A stretch of DNA of 64,000 bases from Takakia lepidozioides (GCA_030704615.1 CM060733.1:51150001-51214000); one strand, 5' to 3'. Counted from the first letter of the stretch, positions 25,106 through 37,140 are shown. A program made the numbers and translations. The notes: generated from the sequence alone by a model not told the origin.

Positions 25106-26600
25106 CACATGGCCGCTCTGGCAGTTTAGCCATTTCTCCAAGGGGTTTAGCCATGCCAAGCTAGGGTTTGTGTCTCTTGGACTCTAGGCTTCTTTCCACC
25201 GAGCTATGGTGGCTGTGAGGAAATCAGCAAGGTATCCTTGCTCTTTCGGCTCCCACACACCACCATAGTAGCCCTAAGCCATGAGGTGGTTGCCACAAAC
25301 CAAGCCTTCTTTCTCACTTAGCCTCCCCAAACACGCCACTAAACTCAATGGCAAACAACCAAGCCCTGCTGGTTCCCAGCCCTTGTGAGCACTCATTCAA
25401 GCACTCCCCTCATTGGCCATAGCATCTGTCTTAGAGCCTATTCCAGCCCTCTACACCTGTTGCTTCAAGAGTTGCGCTCCCTTCAAGCTTGAAGTTGAAA
25501 CCCCAACTCACATAGGCCCTACAAGTGCTGTTCTTTCACTCCAAGTGGAAACCAGCCCTAGACCTTCCGTTCTAGCTCTCTAAGGCTTGAAAACAAGAGC
25601 CTCAATGGGCTGAAGGCATGCTCCACACATGCCCCACTCTCACCATAAGAGAATCAGCTCATTTGCTTCATTTCTTGCACCCACAAACCTGATAATACAA
25701 GCTTCAGCAGGCTGAAAGCATGCTCTACATGCCCTACAGGGAAACCAGCCCCTTCCTTCCTTTCTTGCACTCCCACACCTAAAAGTGCAAGTCTTCACCA
25801 GGCTGATAGCATGCTCCACACATACATTGCCCTCACATAAGGGAAGTCAGCCCTTCCCTCTTCCTTGCTTGCCCTCCAAGCTTGAAGATGGAAGCTTCAA
25901 TGAGCTGAATACATGCTCCACACATGCAACCTCTTCACACAAGAGATATCAGCCCCCTATCTTGGCTCCTTGGCTCCTTGATGCTCTCTATGACAAGACT
26001 AAGCACTCCATAGCCTTTGCCAAGCTCCTGAAACCCTAAGGCTTACATTTCCAGCCACAAGACACTTCTCTTGTGGTGCAAGAACTCTTCTTCCAAGCTC
26101 TGAAACCCTAGGTGCACATTCCATGGCCTTGCCGCACCTCTTAGCTCCTGTTCCAGCCCTGCTCTCGCCATGACAAGAGCCCTCTCAATGCTGAAGCTCG
26201 AGATTGAAACCCAATCTCACCATACTCCACAAAGTGCACTGATTTGCCCCAAGCCAAATTAGCCCTTTCGCTTGGTCTTGCAATCCTTCACACAATGAAA
26301 GCTCGCATTCCCAAGTCCAGTTCTCAGCTTTGCCACCAAAGCCACTATAACCTGCTCTTGACTGGTCCTCTTCCCAATCGTGCTTGCTCATGCATGTACA
26401 CAATCTGAAACCATCAAGGTGCTCTGGAATTACCTGCAGCATGGTGCTTTCATCTCTGAAGCTGAAGATCGAATGCCAAGGTCTACCACCTCATAACCCA
26501 CATCGCCTCCGCTTCTAACAACCAAGAGCTCCACGGTGCTCCTTGCATAACAACTTGGTTTCTCTCATTCTCAAGCAAAAACCACAAGTGCTACAACTAA

Positions 26601-26642
26601 CTCGTATCTGGCACTCACAGATACGAGCTCATCTTTCTCGAG
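26601..26642 (-). promoter_or_regulatory. Putative self-priming PBS with adjacent hairpin
   Basis: 26627-26643 is the exact reverse complement of 26807-26823 inside the LTR; perfect 10-bp stem 26601-26610/26618-26627; no TGG tRNA PBS. Confidence 0.75.
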
Positions 26643-26969
26643 TGATAAAGAAGAAGAATACAAGCACAAGCTCATGCGAGCTCACAAAGCTGAAGCATAA
26701 ACTCATGCATATATAACCTCATCACTCAAATACAAGTCAAGCCAAGTGCACCCCACGCCATGGGGAATCCACACTACGGCGCCATAGCTAGGCGCGGTGA
26801 GGCTCAACTCGAGAAAGATGAGCCTCCCGCGCTTGCCGTGAAGATAACCACTCCAGGGCCTAAATCTGCCTTGACCCCTGGATTGACACTTGGGCCAATC
26901 CCAAATGTCAATATGTAAAAGATAGCTATTTCCTAGCTAGTTTCACACTAGTGGTAAAATAACTTGACA
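26643..26969 (-). repeat. LTR module B, 5' terminal copy (327 bp)
   Basis: Direct repeat of 15005-15331 with three C/T mismatches seen. Confidence 0.95.
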
Positions 26970-26973
26970 TAGC

Positions 26974-27093
26974 TATTGGCTGTGGCACCCCATTGTAGAC
27001 ACAGGTTGTATCAAGCAATCAATCAGATTGCTCATGTGACAAAGAACACAGACCTGAACAGCAAGGTGACAAATTATAATGTGAAGCTTGAAG
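26974..27093 (+). pseudogene. Host gypsy gag-pro linker (part 2)
   Basis: LLAVAPHCRHRLYQAI...VKLE; continues in frame after the CACTA at 33439 (G*ETIMDFNDSMPVIQLG). Confidence 0.75.
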
Positions 27094-28054
27094 CACTACT
27101 ACGTTTAGGGGGGGTTTGCGACGCCAGGACCCCGGGCGCGCCAGACGCACCAACCCCCCTGCGACTGTAGACTCGCACAGGCGCCCGGCTTGGGACTTGC
27201 GACGTCGGGGCGTTGTAACGCCGGCGCTCGGACGACGTTGTGGCATCTTGCGATGCCATGCCGTCGCCGTAAAGGGGCCTGACCCCATTCCCCCGCCAAC
27301 GCACTAGGGGGTTGCGACGCCCTGGCGTTGCAACAATTTGCTACGACGCCCCCGGGATGCTGCGACGCCGGAGAATCGCAACGAGACGTCGCAGCCCAGC
27401 AACACTTTTGCGACGGCCGGGCGCTCCGTTTTTTTTTTTTTTTTTTCTCAGGCATTGCGATTCCCCGCCGTCGCAGGAGCGCCCAGCCGTCGCAAATGCG
27501 TCGCTGGGGCTGCGGCGCGGCGATTCCCCGGCGTCGTGGGGGCGTCGCGGAAAATTGATTATGGGAGTAGATTGTAGAGCATAATGGGCTTGGCATCCTC
27601 AGACTATAGCCATTGTCCAACAATAAGTTGCAATGCAGCTTTGCAAAACTTAGGCCATTGATAGATATTTGTTCTTCTTGAAGAACTCTGGGGACAAGTC
27701 TCGATGCAAGTTCCAACTGTGTGAGCTCCTATAGAGTACGCATAATCTGCAACACGATGATAGGATTGAGATATTGGTAGTCACTAGGAGCTAACTCTTG
27801 ATATTCTAGCGACGACCGAAGGTCGGAAGCTAGTTTAGCGTAGAGCAGGAATAGGGTGCCATAGTGCCACATCATCGTCGCCACGTTTCGTCGCCATGTC
27901 ATCGTAGACAGGTCATCGTCGTCGTCAATTTCTTTGGAATCTGCCCGGACGGCCCGCGCAAAAAACCCCAAAGCGCCAAGTTGTTTTGGAATTGCCCGGA
28001 CTGCCCGGTTCTTGAAGTTCTTGAACTGCAGGAGCTCTGCGTTTTGCCCTCTCA

Positions 28055-28425
28055 TCAGACTCGGCGTGAGAGGCAGATTTGTGGACTTTGCTTGAGAGAC
28101 ATTCTTGGGAAGGCAGAAGAGGAGAGATACAATCTCCTGCTCTCAGATACTGTTTTAGAAGTAACAAACTATGGTGCCAATGATGGGTGTGGAGGATTTT
28201 TAAAAATGGAAAAAATGAGGGATAGCTTGATGGAACAGATTGGGCAGGAGCCAACATTAGCTTAATGGGCTCGGGCAACAAGCATGGAGCAACATGCTTT
28301 TGAAGCACGGCTTAGGGAAGGTCAGTTTTGCAAAGACAAAATGGTCAACTCCAATTTGCGTTTGGTTGTCTCAATAGCTAAGATTACCAAGGGCGTGGCA
28401 TGACTTTCCAAGATGTCATTCAGGT
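28055..28425 (+). pseudogene. Plastid sigma-70 factor fragment (regions 1.2-2.2)
   Basis: MEQIGQEPTLA*WA...KMVNSNLRLVVSIAK-(frameshift)-YQGRGMTFQDVIQ followed by a GT donor. Confidence 0.8.
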
Positions 28426-28999
28426 CAGATTGTGGGCACCTCTTCCTTGACAAGTTAGATTGTCTCCCTGTCTGTAATGCGTAGGCCCGTCTCCATTCCA
28501 CGATTATTTCCCATTCCAACTTTGATCAACCCTACATGGAGGCCCTTGCCCTGTTCGAAGGCTATTGGGGTAGTACATGCGTTCACTCATAGGAACAGTT
28601 GTCATCACAAACAGAAGAGAGTCAAGTTTGAGCCACTGCCTAGGATCAACACAGTTGGGCAATCTGCCAGTTTTAGTTACAGCATTGGGGATGGACTGTT
28701 TCCTAGTACTTCATTCCAGCGACGACAACATAGTGTGTGGTCTCTTGAGCAGATGAGAGATGAGGCAAGGACATTGGAGAGACTGAGTGATGAGAGCACA
28801 AAGGAAAAGAAAGAGGGGAGTGAAACTGTGAGTGAGGACTTAGCTGATGTGTTGTTGAAAGAAGAAGAGATGAACCAGCAGAACCAGTAGTTGGCAACCA
28901 TGGAGAACGGGCCTGCACAGGCATCAAAACAAAAGGAGAATTTTACTGAGAAATGAGCTCAGCCATTCACGTACACATTTGGTAACTAACGAGGTCGCG

Positions 29000-31900
29000 T
29001 CAAAGCTGGAATTGTACCAGTTGTCATTCTGAACACTGTCCTGGTGGACATGTATACCAAATGTAGGTGCATTAAGGATGCAAAGGGAGTTTTCAACACT
29101 ATGGCTGAACAAGATGTGGTGTCATGGAACGCGATGCTTGCAGGAAATGCACATCAGGGATGTGGTATGGAGGCTTTGAAGACCTATGATCAAATGATGG
29201 GGGAAGGGGTGAATGCGATGATTGCATGTGCAAGCCTGACAGCTCTGGAAAAGGGCGAAGATCAGGTCCATGGCGACATTGTTAGAGTTGCAATTGTACC
29301 AAGTGTCATTCTGAACAATACCCTCGTGGACATGTATGAAGGGAGTATTCGACAGTATGGCTGAATGAGAGTGGTGTCGTGGAGGGTGATGATTGCAGAT
29401 ATGCACAGCAAGGGCGCGGGATGGAGGCTTCGGAGACCTATGAGATATTGATGTGCGAAGAGGTGAAGCCCCACCGCATAATGTTTGTTTGCATTTGCAA
29501 CGCGTGTGCAAGCCTGGCAGCCCTAGAAAGGTGCAAAGAGGTCCATGGTGACATCGTCAAAGCTGGATTTGTACCAGATGTCATCCTGAACACTGCCCTA
29601 CTGGACATGTATGTCAAATGTGAGTGCATCGAGGATGCAAAGGGAGTGTTCGACAGTATGGCTGAACGAAATGTGGTGTCGTGGAGTGTGATGATTGCAG
29701 GATATGCACTGCAAGGGGTGGGATGGAGGCTTTGGAGACCTATGAGCAATTGATGTGTGAAGAGGTGAAGCCCAACAACATCACATTTGTTTGTGTTTGC
29801 AATGCGTGTGCAAACCTGGGAGCTCTGGAAAAGGGGAAAGAGGTCCATGGTGACATCGTCAAAGCTGGATTTGTACCAGATTTCATCCTGAACACTGCCC
29901 TGGTGGACATGTATGCCAAATGTGGGTGCATGAAGGATGCGAAGGAAGTGTTCAACACTATGGCTGAACAAGATGTGGTGTCGTGGAACGCGATGCTTGC
30001 AGGGTATGCACAGCAGGGGCATGGGTCGATGGAGGCTTTGGAGACCTATGAGCAAATGACGGGGGAATTGTACCCGATGTCATTCTGAACACTACCGTGC
30101 TAGACATGTATGTCAAATGTGAGTGCATCGAGGATGCAAAGGGAGTGTTCAATAGTATGGCTGAATGAGATGTGGTGTCGTGGAGTGCGATGCTTGCAGG
30201 ATATGCACAGCAAGGATGCGGGATGGAGGCTTTGGAGACCTATGAGCAATTGATGTGCGAAGGGGTGAAGCCCAACCGCAACACATTTGTTTGTGTTTGC
30301 AATGCGTGTGCAAGCCTAGGAGCTCTGGAAAAGGGGAAAGAGGTCCATGGTGACATCGTCAAAGCTGGATTTGTACCAGATGTCATCCTGAACACTGCCC
30401 TGGTGGACATGTATGCCAAATGTGGGTGCATGAAGGATGCGAAGGGAGTGTTCAACAATATGGCTGAACGAGATTTGGTGTCATGGAACACCATGCTTGC
30501 AAGGTATGCACGGCAGGGGCGCGGGATGGAGGCCTTGGATCAGACCTATGAGCAAATGATGGGGGAAGGGGTGAAATGCAACCACATCACGTTTGTGAGC
30601 GTTTGCAATGCTTGTGCAAGCCTGGCAGCCCTGGAAAAAGGGCAAAGAGGTCCATGATGGGGGAAGGGGGGAAGCCCGACCACATCACATTTGTGTGCAT
30701 TTGTAATGCGTGTGCAAGCCACATTCATTTGTGTTCTCAATGTTGGTGCTAGCATGGTGGCCCTGGAGAAGGGCAAAGATATCCATGCTGACATTATCAA
30801 AGCTGGAATTTCGTCATACATTAATTGGAAAACTGCCCTTGTTAACATGTATGCCAAATATGGGAGTGTAAGGGAGGCATGTCTAGTGTTCAACACATAT
30901 GGTGGCAGGATATACCAAGCATAGTTGTGGTAGGAATGCCTTTGAGACATATGATCAACTGATACAGCAAGGGGTGATGCCCTATCAGGTCACATTTGTT
31001 TGCATTCTCAAGGCTTGTGCGCGACTGGCAGCCCTGGAAAACGACAAAGAGGTCCATGCTGACATATGAAAGCTGGACTTGTACCAAATCTGATTTTGAA
31101 CAATAGCCTTGTTGACATGTATGCGAAATGCGGGAGCATGAAGGTTGCAAAGAGAGTATTTGTCAACATGGCTGAACGGGATGTGGTGTCGTGGAATGCC
31201 TCAAACGATCTTGATCACGTGGAATATAATGTTGGCAGGATTTACCAAGCATGGGTGTGGTAGGAATGCTTTTGAGACCTATGAGCCGATTCTGCGCAAA
31301 GCGGTGAAGCCCAACCACATCAGATTTGTTTGTGTTTGCAATGCGTGTGCAAGCCTGGCAGCCCTGGAAAAGGGCAAAGAGGTGCATGGTTGTATCGCCA
31401 AAGCTATTCAACAATATGGCTGAACGAGATTTGGTGTCATGGAACGCCATGCTTGTAGGATATGCACAGTAGGGGTGCGGGATGGAGGCCTGGGGGAAGG
31501 GGTGAAGCCCGACCACATCACGTTTGTGTGCATTTGCAATGCGTGTGCAAGCCTGGCAGCCCTGGAAAAGGGCAAAGAGGTTCATGGTGACATCATCAAA
31601 GTTGGAATTGTACCAAATGTTATTCTGGACACTGCCCTGGTTCACTTGTATGCGAAATGTGAGTGCAATGAGGATGCAAAGGGAGTATTTGACAATATGG
31701 CTGAATGAAATGTGGTGTCGTGGAATGCGATGATCGCAAGACATGCCCAGCATGGTTGTCATAGGGAGGTCCTGCAACTATTTGAAGGAATGCAAAAGAA
31801 AGGCTTGAAGCCGGACAATATCACCTTTATATGTGTTCTCTCTGCCTGCAGCCACACTGACCTACTGAATGAAGGAAGACACTACTTCGATTCCCTGAGT

Positions 31901-32240
31901 GAAGATCATGGTATCAATCTAACAGTAAAGCACTTTGGCTGCATGGTGGACCTTCTTGGACGTGCGGGACAACTGGATGAGGTAGTGGACCTAATTAATA
32001 AAATGCCAATCAATCCAAATGTTGTGGTGTGGAAGGCCTTGCTTGGTGCCTGCAGAATCCATGGCAATGTGGAGATGGCTGAATGTGTAGCAACATTTAT
32101 CTCAAGTGGGATGAACAGGATGCCGCGACTTATGTGGTGCTATATCAAACATCTATGTTGTAGCTGGCAGGTGGGATGATACTGCAAAGGTGAGAAGAAT
32201 GATGAAGGTCAGAGGGGTTAGAAAGGAAAGATGCTAGTGT
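29000..32240 (+). pseudogene. PLS-E class PPR pseudogene (RNA-editing-factor type)
   Basis: Many P-L-S triplets; terminal FICVLSACSH...HFGCMVDLLGRAG...WKALLGACRIHGNVEMAE (E1) and frameshifted E2; no DYW seen; many stops. Confidence 0.92.
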
Positions 32241-33438
32241 CTTGCTTCATTCATTGATCTGTGTAGTACTTAGACCATCCACCATTTCCTGATAGTGGGG
32301 TCTACCCGGCATAGGTAGGAAATCAGCCCACAATTGCACTTTGACTGATTCTGGTGACAGTGGATGGAAATCAGAGTGCTGTCCTAATTCTGGGTTTGGG
32401 TGGTGGAGCTTCTCCAAAGCTTGAAGATGGAAGTGAATACGAATTTTAATGAGCTTGCTGAGAGGGGCAGCCCTGTGCACAAGTTTGTTCAACATCTTAA
32501 ATTTGGACATGTTTGTTTGTTTCTCATGGTGTGGCTTTGGATGGAGCCCTTGATGAACTTACATGAATATTGTCAAAAGCTAGCGTTAACCCACCAAGAT
32601 CCAATCCCACGGTGGATGCTTGAAAGTTCATATAGTGAATGTAAGGGTATTTGGGTATGTTGATATTGATTGATGCGGCTTGTGAAAATTGAACATTGAA
32701 ATGCAGCTCCGCCATTTTTCTTCCAGAAAAAAACAAAACACGGGATCTCTGCATGTAACACAGTGGGGATGACCCACCCATTTTTTGTGAAAAATTGAAC
32801 GTAGTTCTCAGAATTCGTCGCTAGTACTGCGGAGCAATGCGAAGCCCTAGTGTATATATATACTTAGACTACTTTTGTGATACATAGATGTATTGTAGAT
32901 TTGTTGGTTAGTGTGCAGTATTTTAGAAATGTTATAATGTGGAGGTCCTAGATTCAAATATGCATTGCCTAATATATGTAGAACAATGCATGAACTGCCA
33001 TTGGACAAAACCGGAGTCAATGGTCAACGCCGAGTCAATGGTCAACTAGTTTTTGAAATTCAAAATTCAAATTCAAATTCAAATTTTCCCACCTAAATTC
33101 AAATGTAACCCCCTACTGTGACGTCTGGGGGTCGCATTTACGACCCCCGGACGTCCCTAATGCGACGTCGCAGAAAAAAACGTTTTTTTTTTTTTTTTTT
33201 TTTTTTTGCGATGCCTGGACGTCGCAAGTCGCGCTGGCGCCGCGGCCGGGGGGTCTCGGGGGGTTTGCGATTCCCCGACGACGCTAATTAGCGACGTTCC
33301 GGGAGCGACGTCTCTGCGACTTCCCGACGTCGCAAAATGCCCCTAGCGCGCCCCGTAGAGTATTTCCGTCGCTAATCGCGGAGGTTGGAGGTCGTTGGGG
33401 CATCGCTAAACCCCCCCCCAAAAAAAAATGTAGTAGTG

Positions 33439-34776
33439 AAGGGTGAGAAACTATCATGGACTTTAATGATTCCATGCCAGTAATCCAATTGGGAATTGGA
33501 AGCTCAGACTTGACTAATGTACAAGTCGCCTACATTCCATGGAATCGCGTTGCTGATTTCATTACTGGGAATCATCTCGTAAGATTTTGTATTCGAATAA
33601 AACTCCCAATTGCCTGTCAAACTGGCGAGAGAGAGTGTCTTGACATTCTACCTGTGGTACCTCCGACACAGGTGTGTGTATTATATGCACCTCAGGATTT
33701 CCCTTAGATGGAGGCTCAAGAGTGAATATTATGACAGACCAATTAAGGTAGAAACTTGGTCTAAGTAACATGAAACCAGCCCCATTCACAGTAACAATGG
33801 CAGATCAAAGGAGTGTACAGCCATTAGGCTTGATAAGAGGAGTAAAGTTACAGATTCAGAAAATGATCTTCAAAATCACGGTGACTGTGTTGAAAATGGA
33901 TGATGTCATGGAAGTTTACTCCTTATTGCTGGGTCGACCATGGCTGAAACAGGCCAGGGTATTCCATGACTGGAATTTTCAGTTATTGACTGTGCATGAT
34001 GGAAAGCACAAGATACAAATCTCCACTAAGAAATCTGGTATGCTACCTACTACACGGAGACCTCGTGGAGTCAGAGAGTATGACTGGAGGGGAGGGCTTG
34101 ATGAGAAGCAGGAAGCTACTCTGTTTGCTGCACACCCAGAGTGGGAGCAGGTTGCAGAAATGCAACTGGGAGGCCTGAGTTGCTTTAAATGTATATGCTG
34201 TGGTGCAGTAACAGCAATACCAATTGAGGGGGAAACAAGCAGTTACCCACCACATTTCTATGAAGAAAGAGAGGGAGAAATAGAAATCCTAGAGGAACCA
34301 GCCACTGTGAGTTTACAGGATGAAGTAGTGGTTGGATGAACAATCACAGCTGAGAGCAGGTAAGATGAATTTAGGAATTGAGGAGGAACCAAGAATGGTG
34401 AAAGTTGGGGCTAACTTGGAGCCAGAATTCTTTGAGGAAGCTAACAACTTGTTTATCAAATATAAAGATGTATTTGCTTGGAGCTATGAAGATCTGAAAG
34501 GGATACCACGTGAGATCTGCTAGCATAAGATTGAACTTGAACCAGGGTCAGTACCAATCAAATATGCAAGGTACAGAATGAATCCCAACTATGCACAGAA
34601 TGTTGGGGAGGAGATTAAGAAGTTGGCTGAGGCTAAGTTCATATACCCGATAGAGTATACTTGAATTTGGCTATCACCCATTGTGATAGTTTCCAAGAAG
34701 AATGACAAACTGAGAGTTTGTGTGAACTATAAGAAGTTGAATGATAGTATAAAGAAAGATCCATTTCCTTTGTCAT
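33439..34776 (+). pseudogene. Host gypsy protease and RT N-terminus (part 3)
   Basis: LDGGSRVNIM...MADQRSVQPLGLI...LLLGRPWL; KYKDVFAWSYEDLKGIP...WLSPIVIV...LRVCVNYKKLN...KDPFPL, truncated at 34776. Confidence 0.88.
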
Positions 34777-34989
34777 TCACATAATCCTTCTCAAGAAGAC
34801 GAAGTAAAGATGTTTGCACGGTATGAACTTCCCTCTCTTTCCCAAACTACTTGAAAGCATACCAACAAAATCAGAACAGGTACAATTGGGAAAATTGGAA
34901 ATAGTGATGTCGTACGTCTTGTCCTGCAACGCAGATGCGGATGAGATCATGGTGAAGACCCGACCATACCCTGGATCAGGCACTTCCAT
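34777..34989 (-). pseudogene. SWIM zinc-finger exon (transposon-associated)
   Basis: YDITISNFPNCTCSDF...CKHLYFV (CxC...CxH). Confidence 0.75.
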
Positions 34990-35192
34990 TGCTCCCGCAC
35001 AGCTACATGAAAGCTTCCGGGTTTCGTGTCATCAAAACTTGGACATGCATCAACACTCTGCCTCTTACGAAGGGCGAGTTCCCGGGGCAGAAAGTGAGTT
35101 GGTTCCTTTGAATTAAAGTTTGGTGGTTCTTCAGTAAATGTCAAAAGTAGGTTTTGTCTTTTGCCTCATGCTCTCTTCGTGATTATTGACAG

Positions 35193-35758
35193 ACTCGGGT
35201 ATTTGAAGCTTTGTGTCTGGTGAGGGTGCGTAAGGACACTCTTCCTCCTGGTATTGTTGAGTTCCAGTTGAGGGACCTTGCAGCTCACATTGACCCCACC
35301 TGCGAGCCTGTGGAGGATGATGTAATCTTCAATTACGTGGACTCGGGTCGAACTACGAAAAGGTCGACTGGTGTCCCTTGGAGAGGTACACGGGAGAAAT
35401 CCCCAGCTTTCATGCAGACTTTGGTGGAGACATGCAGCCGTCACGGTGGACGTGTGGTTGACTTGTCTATGGGAACAGGTGGGGCCCTGAACACTGTGTT
35501 TGAAATGTGGGCAGTGAGCTTAGGGAAGCCCTATTTTTATTTCTCGTTCATCTTCGATTTGCAGGAGCATCTTTTCATGCGTGCAAAAGCGCAGGAAGGC
35601 ACTTCTTCGGCATAGAGGCTGATACGGAGCTCTTCTCAAGTGAGCTTCATCAGCTTGAGTCGGGCACTACTTCTACCCCATCCACGGAGGGACTTCTTGA
35701 GGAGCCTGAAGCGCCTGACGAGGATCTCGACGTGGACTCCGATTTTGAGTGTGAGTAA
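35193..35758 (+). pseudogene. Amino-(N4-cytosine/N6-adenine) DNA methyltransferase C-terminal half, intron 35479-35564
   Basis: Spliced: PWRGTREKSPAFMQTLVETCSRHGGRVVDLSMGTG/ASFHACKSAGRHFFGIEAD, the SAM-binding signature of beta-class amino-MTases; GT...AG intron restores the frame. Confidence 0.65.
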
Positions 35759-37140
35759 GTTCGGCTCTAGTCGTGCAAAATATGTTGCATTTCCTTGTGT
35801 CATTCCCGTTCGACAGATGGTTGCTTACATTGTCTATTTCTGGATGATAACATCTACCACCATTCCTCTTCTTGCTTTCCAGAGTTCGGCACCAGTCATC
35901 GAATACGCAGACACCTTTCGGTTTTCAAGGATACTACATGTCCCCGAGTCCCCCTAGAGCTTACCACTTGCCGGTTTACGCGGAAGCTTGCGCACGGGTG
36001 TTGTCCCAACAAACAATGTATTCGCCTCTCCATGGGGGTCGCGGAAAAAAAAAAACGTCGCAGATGTGCTGCTGTGTTCATAGATGATATTGCTGCAGAC
36101 TCTGGAAGTAGTTCATTTGAAACCTCCAATAGTTCTTGAGGTTCAAGTACCGAGACTTAATAAAATGTGTTTTGGTTTTGCTTCCATCCCCAAACTGTTT
36201 TTCAAGTTCTTCGCGTGTTTTCGTAAGTACAGTTAGGGATTGCCTGGGGTAGGTCTTCAGATTCTGGCATTCAAAAATGTTTGTGGGGTGGAATGAATGA
36301 ACTACTTTGCAAAAAAAGGGTTTGCTGTTAATATTCAATTCTCTAGCAGACGATCTCTTATTTCAAAAATCATGTCCTCGATCCTAAACCATCCACAAAC
36401 CTACCATTGTTCTCGGTCGGAAAGAATATTCATGTGGGGGCGATGAAGAGGGATCAAAAAATAAGGACATAGGCGACAACCGATCCGCGGTAATGGGGGG
36501 GGGGGGAGCACGGAATTAGGGCCTGCACACGTGGCTGCTTGCTGACGTGGTGTGAGCCTAGCCAGGCTCACAGGCCCACAGGCTCACGCGCAAGCATTCC
36601 CCTCAAGCGAAATTAGCCCGCCCAAACCCCAAGACAAAAAAAATACAACCCACCCTCCCCTAGGCCTCCATGGCTTGCTAGTGGGGGAAAAAATTAGCAC
36701 ATAGAGGCCTTATAGTGGCCTTATATCATAGATCCAGCCTACTGGCCTGCCTTCGCCAGAGCTGGCTATATTTCAAATTAGTAATCAAATACAAAGATTC
36801 ATTCTTCCAACAATTCAAATACAAGCCTCTATTGGTGCCCTTACCAATAGACTATGTGGGTCTTCTCCTTGTCACTTCTAGACATGAAATAATGGGATTC
36901 CACAATGCACTCTCCTCCTTTGAAGAGTCTAAATCAGATTTTGAACTTCAAGTGCTTGGAAAATAAATGAATTACATACACAAATGGTGAAATGGTAAGA
37001 TGGGATCAACCTTTCTATGCGAGAATGCTTGGGATGCTCTATCGACTCAAGTAATGGTACTCTATGCGGCCTCTACTTGGGCTCTCGTCCATAAGTCCAT
37101 ATCAGCCCCTCCTACTCGTCCTCAAGTCACCTTCCTCCAC

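Larger units (their letters stand above)
14815..26969 (-). mobile_element. Ty3/gypsy retrotransposon encoding a DNMT3-like methyltransferase and a PHD finger, with split/permuted LTRs
   Basis: Termini TGTC...GACA; TSD TAGC at 14811-14814 and 26970-26973; removing it restores the host gag reading (ITIG-x-LLAVAPHCR); gag-PR-DNMT-RT-RH-IN-PHD order. Confidence 0.93.
27094..33438 (+). mobile_element. Non-autonomous Pack-CACTA element (6.3 kb)
   Basis: TIR CACTACTAC / GTAGTAGTG; 3-bp TSD AAG (27091-27093, 33439-33441); GCGACG subterminal repeats at both ends; no transposase seen. Confidence 0.92.

Noticed and set aside
23734-25187. 476-aa and overlapping + strand ORFs
   Set aside because: By-products of a stop-free decamer minisatellite; open in several frames
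14815-26969. DIRS/Ngaro tyrosine-recombinase element, suggested by the split repeats
   Set aside because: No YR domain seen; protease, DDE integrase and a TSD are present; the right junction has two extra bases incompatible with conservative recombination on AGCT
15005-26969. Ordinary LTR element with 327-bp LTRs
   Set aside because: Flanks do not form a TSD (ACAAT vs TAGCT), the PPT lies before module A, and the host frame is restored only with 14815 as the boundary
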